Assembly (NCBI GenBank): GCA_036229005.1
Contig: JAZAMN010000030.1
Location: 32,001 to 96,000 of the forward strand
DNA from: Myxococcota bacterium
GTDB lineage: Bacteria; Myxococcota_A; UBA796; CAJQPC01
Direction of reading: 5' to 3'
DNA: 64,000 nt
A program made the position numbers and the translations under genes. This document shows, piece after piece, positions 42,334-52,200 of the stretch; positions within the stretch are counted from its first letter, which is position 1; every line of letters starts with the position of its first letter. The notes under the pieces are model-generated. The model saw nothing but the letters and a program-made list of their open reading frames with translations, was not told the DNA's origin and ran no database searches.

Positions 42334-42626
42334 TTCAACGTGGTCCGAGTGCTTCGAAGGCGTGATTACGATGGCTTGGGGCCCGATCGTCCCCTCCACG
42401 AGGACCTCGGTGCTCTTCTCTGCGTATCCCAATGAGCGGCCGCGCAGGTGCTGTTGCCGCACGCTTGCCCCAGCGTCGAGTCTTCGTCCGGCCTGAGCAG
42501 GCGGTCGACGATGTTCCCCTGCTCCGCCGCCTCATCCCCGTTCCTCCGTACCAACGCAATCCCGAGCGCCGCAGTCTGCTTGACCTTGTCGTCCCAGAAG
42601 AGCTTGGCCGCGCCCTTGATCCCAAC
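42334..42626 (-). pseudogene. Orphan toxin C-terminus, ART-like, internally deleted and frameshifted
   Basis: Begins VGIKGAAKLFWDD...RRNGDEAAE, homologous to the main toxin. Continues DRLLRPDED and, in another frame, LRGRSLGYAEKSTEVLVEGTIGPQAI. Confidence 0.7.
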
Positions 42627-42653
42627 AGTCGACCTTGTCCACCAGGAACTCCA

Positions 42654-43019
42654 TCAGGCTGTGGAGAACTGTTTGACGATGTCTGCGGCTGCGGTCGATG
42701 CCGAGAGTACACCGTCAGCCGAGTAGCCTTCGTCATAGTAAACCGAGGCTTGGCGGACAGGAGTTCTCGCTCTCACCCAGACTGCCCAGCGCGCGCACTC
42801 TTCAATCGGCCCGTCGACCACGACTGTCTGGCCATCTCGCAGGATGTAGACCTCGGCGGCCCCCTCTTCGCTCTCCGACCATTCAAGTATGTTGCCTGCA
42901 GGCTTGTCCCGGAGGTCCCTCAGAACAAGTGGGGCTTGAGCGGAAGACAGGTCATCAAGGAGCCGGTCGATGTCGAACCCCCAATTTGTCTTTGAGGGGG
43001 GAGAGATGTAGAGCTTCAA
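42654..43019 (-). CDS. Duplicate immunity protein (121 aa)
   Basis: 110/121 aa identical to 45919-46284. Preceded by a copy of the toxin's last codons RVPGRVEVR*. Confidence 0.8.
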   Translation of the reverse strand: MKLYISPPSKTNWGFDIDRLLDDLSSAQAPLVLRDLRDKPAGNILEWSESEEGAAEVYILRDGQTVVVDGPIEECARWAVWVRARTPVRQASVYYDEGYSADGVLSASTAAADIVKQFSTA

Positions 43020-43141
43020 AAGGACTCCGTATCAGCGGACTTCAACGCGTCCTGGAACGCGAACCCTTCGGAGGGAGACGAGGAGGCCATCGGGGTGTTG
43101 GCTCCCGAACTGGATGCGTTTGCGGGGCGTGTTCATGGTCG

Positions 43142-43603
43142 CTACAGATGCCCATGCTCCATCTGTTCGAGGATCACGGACCAGTAGCTGTCGGGATCTT
43201 CGAGGGCGAGTGGGTCGCAAAGGGTCATTCGGAGGGCGACTTGAGACACCAATGCTTCGGCTTCCTCGTCGGAGAGTGTTCGTACGGATTCTCGATACTG
43301 GGAGTACAACTCAAGCATCTTGGAGAGCTGCTCGACTGACCCGTTCACAAAGCGAGAACCGTCGGGTTCAATGGCGATGACTCCCATGGGGCCAGCACAG
43401 AGAACTGTGGGGCCGTCCTCTGCCAGTGCAAGGTGGTCTGGAGGACAGCGGTCAAGCGCCTCTGTGGTCGGGGGAATCGCCAAGTACCCCTCTTCGCTGG
43501 ATGGGAGGCCGACTGTCGTGAGGAAGCGGACATCACTGGCGGAGAGGTACTCCAGAGCCTGGGTATCGAGGGACCACAGGGTCCTAGGGAGCTCTGCCGG
43601 CAT
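43142..43603 (-). CDS. SUKH-4 family immunity protein
   Basis: FLTTVGLP, FVNGSVEQL, DPLALEDPDSYWSVILEQM. Confidence 0.75.
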   Translation of the reverse strand: MPAELPRTLWSLDTQALEYLSASDVRFLTTVGLPSSEEGYLAIPPTTEALDRCPPDHLALAEDGPTVLCAGPMGVIAIEPDGSRFVNGSVEQLSKMLELYSQYRESVRTLSDEEAEALVSQVALRMTLCDPLALEDPDSYWSVILEQMEHGHL

Positions 43604-43703
43604 CTATCGTCCACAGATGTTCTTGTCGTTGCGGGTCATGGGGAGGGGGGCGGGGCTTGCGCTGGATTCAGGGGTGAGCGTCTGGAGCAGTTCTCGTGGA
43701 GCA

Positions 43704-44144
43704 TCAGGGTGCCACAACGGCATCCAGGCCCACTCCATCTCGCAGCAGGGCTGTCAGGCTCTCGGACACAAATACAAGCTCATCGGGGTCCGGGTCTGCG
43801 AAGCTGGTCATGTAGAGTCCGGAGCCATCTTGGGCCTCCGCGAACACCAGCACGCCACTACCTCCGTTGTCAGCGATGGCGACCGCGTTCATGTAGGCCT
43901 GGAGCGCGTGGGCGTCGTTCAACTCGAGGATGCCGGAGGGGCTCCAGATCCGGAGATAGTCGACCTTGTCCACCAGGAACTCCAACTCCGTGGCGTAGTG
44001 GAAGAGCACCGCAACGTCCTCCGGTAGCTGCAGCCCCACAGAGCCGAAGAACTGCCGCGTTTGGAGGAGGTCCTTTGGGGAGGCCGGAGCGGAGCTGCGG
44101 GCCAGCTTGATCCTGGGATGTAGGGAGTCTGTGGGCAGGTTCAT
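43704..44144 (-). CDS. SMI1/KNR4 (SUKH) family immunity protein
   Basis: APAS, LPEDVAVLF, RIWSPSGILELN, AIADNGGS, VSESLTALL. Confidence 0.7.
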   Translation of the reverse strand: MNLPTDSLHPRIKLARSSAPASPKDLLQTRQFFGSVGLQLPEDVAVLFHYATELEFLVDKVDYLRIWSPSGILELNDAHALQAYMNAVAIADNGGSGVLVFAEAQDGSGLYMTSFADPDPDELVFVSESLTALLRDGVGLDAVVAP

Positions 44145-44272
44145 GGTGTCACTCGTTGGCAGGGGCCGACCTGCTTGCCTGGCGTCCTCTGGGTTTGTTG
44201 GAGTACATCGCCCCCCTCCCACTTGAGACGGCGCCACAATGACCGAAGCTTGGATGCTCACCAAGGATATAC

Positions 44273-44737
44273 TCAGTTTCCGGAGAGTGCGGTCCAGAGC
44301 GGTGTCAAGTGTACGGACTCTCCGGGGTTTTTCCGGATGATGGCGCCAAGTACTGCTTTGGTCTCTTCCCGGGCAGCCCTGGGCAGTTGGTCTGCTGCAG
44401 CGCTCAGCGCCGCCCGGTGAGTCAGGCTCCTGCATGCCCGCAGAAAGAAGACCTCCGGCCAATGACGGCTGCGCTGAGAGAGCTGCGGTGCCTCAGCGAG
44501 GAGTGCAGTGGCGAGGACCCTTGGGGGCGCGGCTTCCAGCACTTGGAGGACGGAGAACAGCAGATCTTGGTGCTCGTCTTTGTCTGTGAAGAGTTGGATG
44601 AGCTTCGCTGCTGTGTGAATGTCCTGCAGTGGGTGGAGTTCCTCAAGGAGGACCTCTCCTTGAAGGAGGACGTCCTGGGAGGCGTCGTCTTGCAGGAGGG
44701 CCTCCAGGTGCGTGAGTGGGGACTTGGTGCTACTCAT
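44273..44737 (-). CDS. Imm30-like immunity protein
   Basis: LFTDKDEHQDLLFSVLQVLE and APQLSQRSRHWPEVFFLR pattern. Confidence 0.6.
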   Translation of the reverse strand: MSSTKSPLTHLEALLQDDASQDVLLQGEVLLEELHPLQDIHTAAKLIQLFTDKDEHQDLLFSVLQVLEAAPPRVLATALLAEAPQLSQRSRHWPEVFFLRACRSLTHRAALSAAADQLPRAAREETKAVLGAIIRKNPGESVHLTPLWTALSGN

Positions 44738-45248
44738 CTTCGGAAGACCCCGGGGCGCTGCAGTGTCTGTCATCATCGTCTGTGTCCGGGGGCTGGAGCA
44801 TTTTGATGAATGCTCCTGTATCTGGCGCAAGTGCTGACACCGCCTCCTTGCCAACTGCCTCATGATGCCAGTACACCACTGGCGGCTGTGGGGTGCAGTC
44901 CAGCGTGCAACAGATCAGGTTGCCTCCGCCTGCGTCCGCAAAGGGGAGGAGTTGGTCATGTCCTTCTGAACGGAGCAGCCGGACGCACCACAGGATCGTC
45001 CCCACCCCCGTGCCGTCGGCCATCAGGAAGCTGGACACACAGCCCTGGAATGGCGCGCCTGTGTTGTCAATGAAGTCAAAGTCGCTGGGACTGTCAGGAA
45101 CCCCGCCGGCTACGGCAGTGATCAGCTTCCTGATCCCCTCAGGCAGAGTCCTGGCGAATGTGGCTTCGATAGCAGCGATGGACTGGGCTGTTGCGCCAGC
45201 GGGGGGCTCGAACCAGTCGAACACCGACTCGATCTCTTTGTTGGCCAT
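44730..45248 (-). CDS. SMI1/KNR4 family immunity protein
   Basis: ATAQSIAAIEATFARTLPEG, GGVP, LLPFADAGGGNLIC, PVVYWHHE. Confidence 0.82.
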   Translation of the reverse strand: MANKEIESVFDWFEPPAGATAQSIAAIEATFARTLPEGIRKLITAVAGGVPDSPSDFDFIDNTGAPFQGCVSSFLMADGTGVGTILWCVRLLRSEGHDQLLPFADAGGGNLICCTLDCTPQPPVVYWHHEAVGKEAVSALAPDTGAFIKMLQPPDTDDDDRHCSAPGSSEDE

Positions 45249-45448
45249 GCCACATCTTAAAGCCTCCAATGTGGCCTGTCTCGGTGTGGTCAAGGGCAGA
45301 AGTCTATCCAACTCGGCGGGCAAGAGGCCTTGTCGGCGAAGTGCCTTCACGCAGCCCTCCAGGTGAAACGACAACGCGCTTGCAGCGCGCCGGCGAGGTC
45401 TCTCTCCGTCATGGGATCCCTCGTGCCACGTCCAGCATCCGTGTGCGA

Positions 45449-45877
45449 TCAGCTGCTGGCGAGTCGCGCCTGGGCTGCAGAGGCGAGCATTCGCCATCCA
45501 GGTCCCCCATCGGCACAGCAGATCACCAACACGCTGTCTCGCAGGCTGCTGTTCTCCTCTCTGGCTCGGGCCAGTGTTCGCTCGAAGAGGTCGACGACGA
45601 AAGCCTCCTGGTCGGGCCTGTCGGGGAGCGCTGCCGAGCACTCCGCGAGCAAGGTGCTTGCCGAATCGAATGCGTCTCCATGCCGCTCGTGATCCCAGTC
45701 GAAGGGTATCTCCAGGATCTCCTCGCCTTCGTCTTCGAGAAGCTCATGGCTCAGCCAGGCGGCGTAGACGCTTGAGAAGCCGGAATCTGTGACGAGTGCG
45801 AAGGCCGCGACCTCGGGCTGGTCAGTGAGGGTGGACTGGATGCAGTGCTCAAGGCGTGCTTGGAGTTGTTTGAGCAT
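45449..45877 (-). CDS. DUF4303-like putative immunity protein
   Basis: AAFALVTDSGFSSV and IPFDWD. GGAGG RBS. Paralog of 41393-41878. Confidence 0.55.
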   Translation of the reverse strand: MLKQLQARLEHCIQSTLTDQPEVAAFALVTDSGFSSVYAAWLSHELLEDEGEEILEIPFDWDHERHGDAFDSASTLLAECSAALPDRPDQEAFVVDLFERTLARAREENSSLRDSVLVICCADGGPGWRMLASAAQARLASS

Positions 45878-45918
45878 TGCCGCCTCCCAACAGTCGACCT
45901 TGTCGACCAGGAACTCCA

Positions 45919-46284
45919 TCAGGCTGTGGAGAACAGTTTGACGATGTCTGCGGCTGCGGTCGATGCCGAGAGTACACCGTCAGCCGAGTAGCCTTCGTCA
46001 TAGTAGACCAAGGCTTGGCGGACAGGAACCCTCGTTCTCACCCAGACTGCCCAGCGTGCGCACGCTTCAATCGGACCGTCCACCACGACTGTCTGGCCAT
46101 CTCGCAGGATGTACACCTCGGCAGCCCCCTCCTCGCTCTCCGACCATTCAAGGATGTTGCCTGCAGACTTGTCCCGGAGGTCCCTCAGATCAAGTGGGAC
46201 TTGAGCGGAAGAGAGGTCGTCAATCAGGCGGTCGATGTCGAACCCCCAATCTGTCTCTGAGGGGGGAGAGATGTAGAGTTTCAT
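45919..46284 (-). CDS. Probable cognate immunity protein of the TcB-TcC toxin tip
   Basis: Starts 12 nt after the toxin stop with a GGAG RBS. Lower GC like the toxin tip, and duplicated together with the toxin end. Confidence 0.7.
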   Translation of the reverse strand: MKLYISPPSETDWGFDIDRLIDDLSSAQVPLDLRDLRDKSAGNILEWSESEEGAAEVYILRDGQTVVVDGPIEACARWAVWVRTRVPVRQALVYYDEGYSADGVLSASTAAADIVKLFSTA

Positions 46285-46296
46285 GATGACTCCGTA

Positions 46297-49200
46297 TCAG
46301 CGGACTTCAACGCGTCCAGGAACGCGAAACCTGGTCATGAGATCTTCGAAGAAGGGGACTGCGCGACTATCACTTACCCTGACGATCAACTGTCGAACAG
46401 GGTTGGAGTCGTCCGCAATGACTGCTCCATATCTCCTTATCTCTTCGGCGACCTGGCCCGTGATCTTGGCTCTGATGAAGGGAGGAGCGGCGCTACCAGG
46501 AATGAACGGACTCCTCCCCGGATTCACCAAGCTCTTCGCCTCCAGCGCGGCTTGCTGTGTTGCGTCCAGTCCGTCAGCCCAAATCCGCTCTCCTCCCCCC
46601 GAGATGAGGTAGTTGTCTGGACCTGTCTGTGCGATTTCGTATAGATCTTGAGCCGTGTTTGAAGGCGTGGGTTTGCTTGGGAGTCCGTCGATGTAGGCTT
46701 CGAACTCTGCAATCCGAGCCGCTGCCTCGGCCCCTTCTGCAGCCTCATCCTTGTTCCGCCGCAGCAGCATCCCGCCCAAGGATGCTGCCTTCTTGATCGC
46801 ATCGTCCCAGAAGAGCTTGGCCGCCCCCTTGAGCCCGACAGCCCTGACCACCGCGATGCCGCCCTTGAGCGCGAGCTTGGCCTCGCCGACGCCCGTGGCC
46901 AGCTCAACGACGGTCACCACGGCCATGACGGCGCTGGCCGCGACGTAGACACCCTGTGAGAAGCGACTGCCGGGGATCCAACCCAGCCAGCCGCCAGGCA
47001 GGCCGTAGCGGTCTCCGTCGGGGTCGCCGTCGCCGAACTCCAGGTTCAGGTAGCCAGCGATTGTGACGGCGGTGTCGAGCCAGGTCTCCTCGAACTCCTG
47101 GCCTTCCTTTGTCTCTTCGCCCTGGGGGCCCGACGCGCTGTCGGAGCCCTCCCCGACGCGGGCCTGCTCTCCCCGCTCTCCGCGGCCGCCGTAGCCCTTG
47201 GTGGGGTCGTAGGCCTGCCCGTCCTCGCTCAGAGGGGCGTCCAGTGGGGGCGGTGGGACGGCCTGGTCCGTGTTCCCTTGGCGGGTCTCTTCGGTGGGGG
47301 GGAGGGTGGGGTCTGTGGTTGAGCCGCGCGTGTCCTCGCTGTCGGGATCGGTGCCCTCGGGGTCTCCGTTGGGGGCCCCCTGCTTGGAGGTGTTCTCCCC
47401 GTCTCCAGACTCCCCAGCAGCCTCTCCTTCCTGAGCCTCTCCCTGGCCGCCCTCCTGGCCCTCCTGGCTGTCTCCGTCCTGGCCGTCTCCCTGCTCGCCC
47501 TGGCCTCCCAATCCGGGGATGCCGGTGCTGTCTCCAAGGTCGACCTCGCCGCTGTTCAAGGCGCCCAGGATGCCGGCGCTCTGGGCGATCTCGAAGTCCT
47601 CGACGCTCTGCTGCCTGGGGACGCGGGCGAACTCATCGACGACCCAACGGCTGCCGACCAGCCGCACCTGACCGGTGATGACGTATTCGCCGCCGCTGGC
47701 GTTGTAGGCGGCCTTGACCCGCTCCGCGGTCCAGCCGTCCGCGGGATCGTAGTTCACGCCCCAGGAGTCGAAGCTGTCCAGCCCGTCCGGGTCCACAAAG
47801 CGCATGGGGTTGTTGCGGACGAACCGATACAGATTCATCCCGTCCACGCCGCCCGCGGGGTCGGGTGAGAGCCAGTTGCCGATCCAGACAGCGTAGTAGC
47901 GGTAGCCGTAGTAATACAGACCGGTGGCGTCGTCCCGGATCTTGCCGCTGTAGCGGTACTCCTTGAGGTCGACCTCCTTCACGCGGTCCCCGGCGATGAA
48001 GGCCGAGCCGCCGTAGGGCAGGTACTCTTCGTAGGAGATGATGGCGCCGTCGGCGTCCAGCTCCAGAGACACAGATCCCAGGTGGTTGCCGATCTGGTAG
48101 TGCACCCGGGTGCTCAGGTCAGCGCTCTCCCGGCCGCGGCTGTCCAGGCTCCAGCGATGCACCAACGCCAGGCGCTGCCCCTGGTCCTCGATGCGGGAGG
48201 TCCAGCGCTCCAGGATGAGGGTGTCGCCGGAGTAGATGCGCCGCCGCTCACAGCCGTGCAGGTAGACCGTCTCGATGCGCTCGAGGCTGTCGCCCACCTT
48301 GCGCTGGGTCAGGCGTCGGACGCGCTGGCCGCTGGAGGCGTAGGTGTAGGTCTCGTCGTCGTCGGGCTCGCCTGTGCGCTCGATGATCACGGCGCGCATG
48401 AGCTGCCCGGCGTGGTCCCAGTCCATGGCCCGCAGGTTGGGCAGGCTGCTCCGGCGCCCCGCGCTGTCAAAGGCGCTGTCCACGCTCCCAGTGGGCAGGC
48501 CGTCGGGTCCTACAGACAGGATGGAGCGGTTGGAGCTGCTGGAGACCGTGAGCTCCCGCGTCCAGGCACCGCTGGTCCCCGCGTGGCGGGTCTTGAGCAG
48601 GTTGCCCGCCAGGTCGTAGTCGTAGGAGCGGGTGTAGCGCTCCAGCGCCGCGCCGTTGTTCAGGGTCAGGTGCTGGGTGCCCTTCCGGCCGGTTGTGTGG
48701 CCCCCCGGCAGCGTCTCGTAGGGGAGCAGGGCCTGGTGCACACGCCCGGTCGCGCTGCGCAGTCTGTACCAGGCGTCGTAGGTGAAGGTCTGCGCGGAGG
48801 ACACGCTGGCACCCTGCAGCAGCGCATCGCTGACGCCGGGGTCCTGGTTCTTGTCCACCAGATGCACCAGGTTCCCGGCGGGATCCCAGGTGTAGCGGAT
48901 GTCCAGGTAGCTGCGGGTGTCGCTGCTGGCTGTCAGGGCGCTCAGGCGGAAGCTCTTGGGGTCGAACGCCCACTGCGCCTGGACCCCGTTGCCGTAGAGC
49001 ACCCGCGCGCGCTGGCCGCGGGCGTTGTAGTCGGCCTCCTGGATGTAGTCTGTGGTGGATCCGTCCAGGGTCGCGGAGAGCGTGATGGCCTGACCCAAGG
49101 GGTCCCAGTCCAGGGTGCGCTCGCTGCCGTCGGGGAGCTGCTTCCACCGGGCCCGGCCCAAGGCGTCGAAGCGGATCCGGGTCTCGATGAGATCCGTCTC

Positions 49201-52200
49201 CACCGTGTCCACACCCCAGTCCACGACACCGCTCTGCACCCGCAGCGCAGTCGAGGTCACCAGCGCGTTGCCCAGCGCATCGTAGCTGCTCACACGGTGC
49301 CGTCCCGCGCCGTCCCAGTGCTCCACCAGGCGGCCGACTGCGTTGGTCTGTGTGAGGGTGTCCTCGCCGTAGACCCAGCGCTCCACCAGGCGGCCGTCCA
49401 CCCGGCGCTCCAGCGGTTGGCCCCGGGTGTCCCAGGTGCTGCGGAGCTCCTCTCCACTGGCGGTCCAGCGGGTGTGCTCGCGCCCCAGGGCGTCCAGGAA
49501 GATGCGCTGGGTGCCCGCGTCCATGCTGTGCTCGACCAGGGCCTGCCCGCTCAGGTCGCGCTCCCAGCGGGTGGCCTCCAGGCCTCGGGCGTCCTCTTGG
49601 GACAGGGGCTGATCGTGGGGGCCGTAGCGGGTCCGCTCCTGGCGGGTCTGTGTGCCGTCGGACTCGGTGATCGCGACCACGCGCCCGCGACCGTCCAGGT
49701 GCTGGACCACGGGGGTCTGTGCGTGGGTCTGGGCCTGCCGCAGCGCTTCGCGGTGGGGGTCGTCGGAGGGGAGGGTGCCGACCCAGGTCTCCCAGCCGCT
49801 GCCCACCACCAGGTCGTTCGCGTCAAAGCGCTCGGTGCGCCAGGGGCTGTGGTCCTGGCGGGTCTGTGTGCCATCCGGCCGGGAGGTGGCGATCTGGCGG
49901 CCCAGGGCATCCCAGCGGCGCTCGATGGCCTGACCGAAGCTCTGGAGCGCGGCGTCGTCCTGGTAGTCGGAGGTGTCGGAGAAGAAGGGCTCGTGCTCCC
50001 GAATGACCTGGCCCACCCCGTCCCGGTGTTGGTGCCCGGACACATGCCAGCGGGGATCGGCCACCAGCGAGGACCCGCTGGCATCGACCGCAGGCCCCGG
50101 GGCGGCCAGGCTGCGGATCTGCACGGGCTGACCCAGGCCGTCGAGGTAGCGGAGCGTGGCGGTCGCTTGGGCGGCTGTGCGCCCGCCTTCGCCGTCGTTG
50201 AGGTGCTCGCGCCGGGCCAGCGAGAGCCAGCGGACGGGGCCGTCGCCGCGCTCGTAGCGGGTGGCGTCGTAGAGCGTGACCTGGCTGGCGTCGCCGATGG
50301 CCGAATGGGGGTCGTCCAGGGCGGCGCTCAGAGAGACCGGCGTCCAGTCGCCGCCGCCTTCGTCGTGCACGGCGCCATCCAGGCCGGTGCGGGTGCCCAC
50401 CAGGGTGGCGGCGATGGGCTGGCCCAGGGCGTCGAAGCGGATCTGTGTCTGGTTGCCGTTGGGGTCTGTGACCGCCCGGGGTTGGAGGCTCTGGGGGTCG
50501 ACGCTGCGGGTCCAGGTGTGCCCGAGCTCGTCGGTCTGCGCTACGGTGAAGAGGGCGTCGGCGTCCCAGGCCAGGGTGACCTCGCTGGCGTCCAGAGCGT
50601 GGGTGTGTGAGAGGCGGTGGAAGGCCCCGGAGGTGTGCCGCACAGGGCCGGGGGCCCACCAGAGCCCCTCCTCCAAGAGATAGCCCGCGTCCGAGAGGGC
50701 AGTGGAGTCGAGCTGGCCATCCCAGAAGTCCGCGCCCTCGGGGAAGGCGGCGACGTCGACGTGGTGCACCAGACGGGGGAGGCCCGGGGCGGTCGCGGCG
50801 GCGGTCTGTGTGTCATCCCAGTAGTGGGTGCGGCTGGCGGAGAACAAGGTCTTGGGGCCGCTGAACACCGCGCTGTCGGGGGAGAGCAGGCCGCTGGCGC
50901 TGGGGCTGTCCAGGGTGTAGCGGCGCTGGGAGACCAGGCTGTCCAGTAGCAGGCGCTGTTCGGCGTCGACGTGGGCGTAGACCTGCTCGCTGAGCTCGAT
51001 GTCCAGGGTGTCCTGGCCGGGCTGCTCGGGCGTGCGGCGAGGGTAGTGGACCGTGGCGGTGCGGGTGGCGGCGCCGTGCGCGTCGGTCTCCAGGGTGAGT
51101 TGGTGTTGGACGCGGGGGTCGGTGGGCTGCTCCTGGTAGTCGTGGCTGAGCTGCTGGGTCTGTTGAGGGCGCAGGGTGGCGCCGTGGCCGTGGACCACCC
51201 AGGCGCTCTCGGTGGTGTCCAGGGGGTGCTCGGAGACGCTGCCATCCGGGGAGACGGCGTAGCGCTCCTGACGCCACACGCGGCCGGCCAGGGCGCGCCA
51301 GGCTTGTTGGGCCTTGGTGGGGTCGGGGACGTCCTGCACGCTGGCTAGGGGGAGGCGAGAGTGCCCGGGGTCGCCGGAGTAGAAGTCCTGCTCCCGGTCG
51401 ACGCGGGGCTCGATGCCCAGGTGGATCCAGCTCCGGGTCAGGGCGCGGGGGGAGGGGTCGTCCGGGTCGGGGGGGGGGCCGGACTCGACCTGGCCGAAGC
51501 CCACGAAGCTGCGCTGGTGGTCGTCAAAGTGGCCGTCTCGCCACGTGAACTCGGTGGGGTAGCGGGCGCCGGAGACGCCCTCGATGCGGGTGAGGCTGGC
51601 GACGACGCTCTGGTGGTGGGGCAGGCGGGTGCGCCAGGGCCGGGCGCTGTCGGCATCTCGCACAAAGTCCTGGGCGCTGGAGCGCCACGCGATCTCGGTC
51701 TCGACGCCGGCGCCGTCGCTGACCCTGGACAGGCGGCCGGCCCCCGCGCCTTGGTCCAATCGGAGCACCTGGGTGCTCTGCCCCGGGCGTTGCCAGACCA
51801 GGCAGCGTCCGCCATCGCCGTAGAAGTCGGCGACGCGCAGATCCTGGAGCTGAGCCACCCGGGGTACACCCCTGAGCACGGTGGGAGCCCCGAAGCCGTT
51901 GCCGCGCTGGTTGGCATAGACGAGGACCTGCTGGGCGTCCACGACCACGCAGTCGGCGGTGCCGCTGCGGGTGGTGTCCACCCAGAGGACGCGGCTGCGG
52001 TCCGGCAGGAAGGGGGCGTCTTCCATCTCGACCGGGGCGCCGAAGCGGCCGTGGCCCAGGTTCGGCCAATAGGTGACCCGGCCGGGGGAGATCTGTACGA
52101 GATCGGGCAGGCCGTCACCGCTCATGTCGGCAAAGTGGCTGTGCTGCTGCGCGCTCTGGCGCAGGTTGGGGGCGCCCGCGGGGTGGGGGAGCACGCGGGG

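Noticed and set aside
42627..45918. CRISPR-like array from the 27-bp repeat
   Set aside because: Spacing is 1.3-1.9 kb, one copy is protein-coding, and there are no cas genes.
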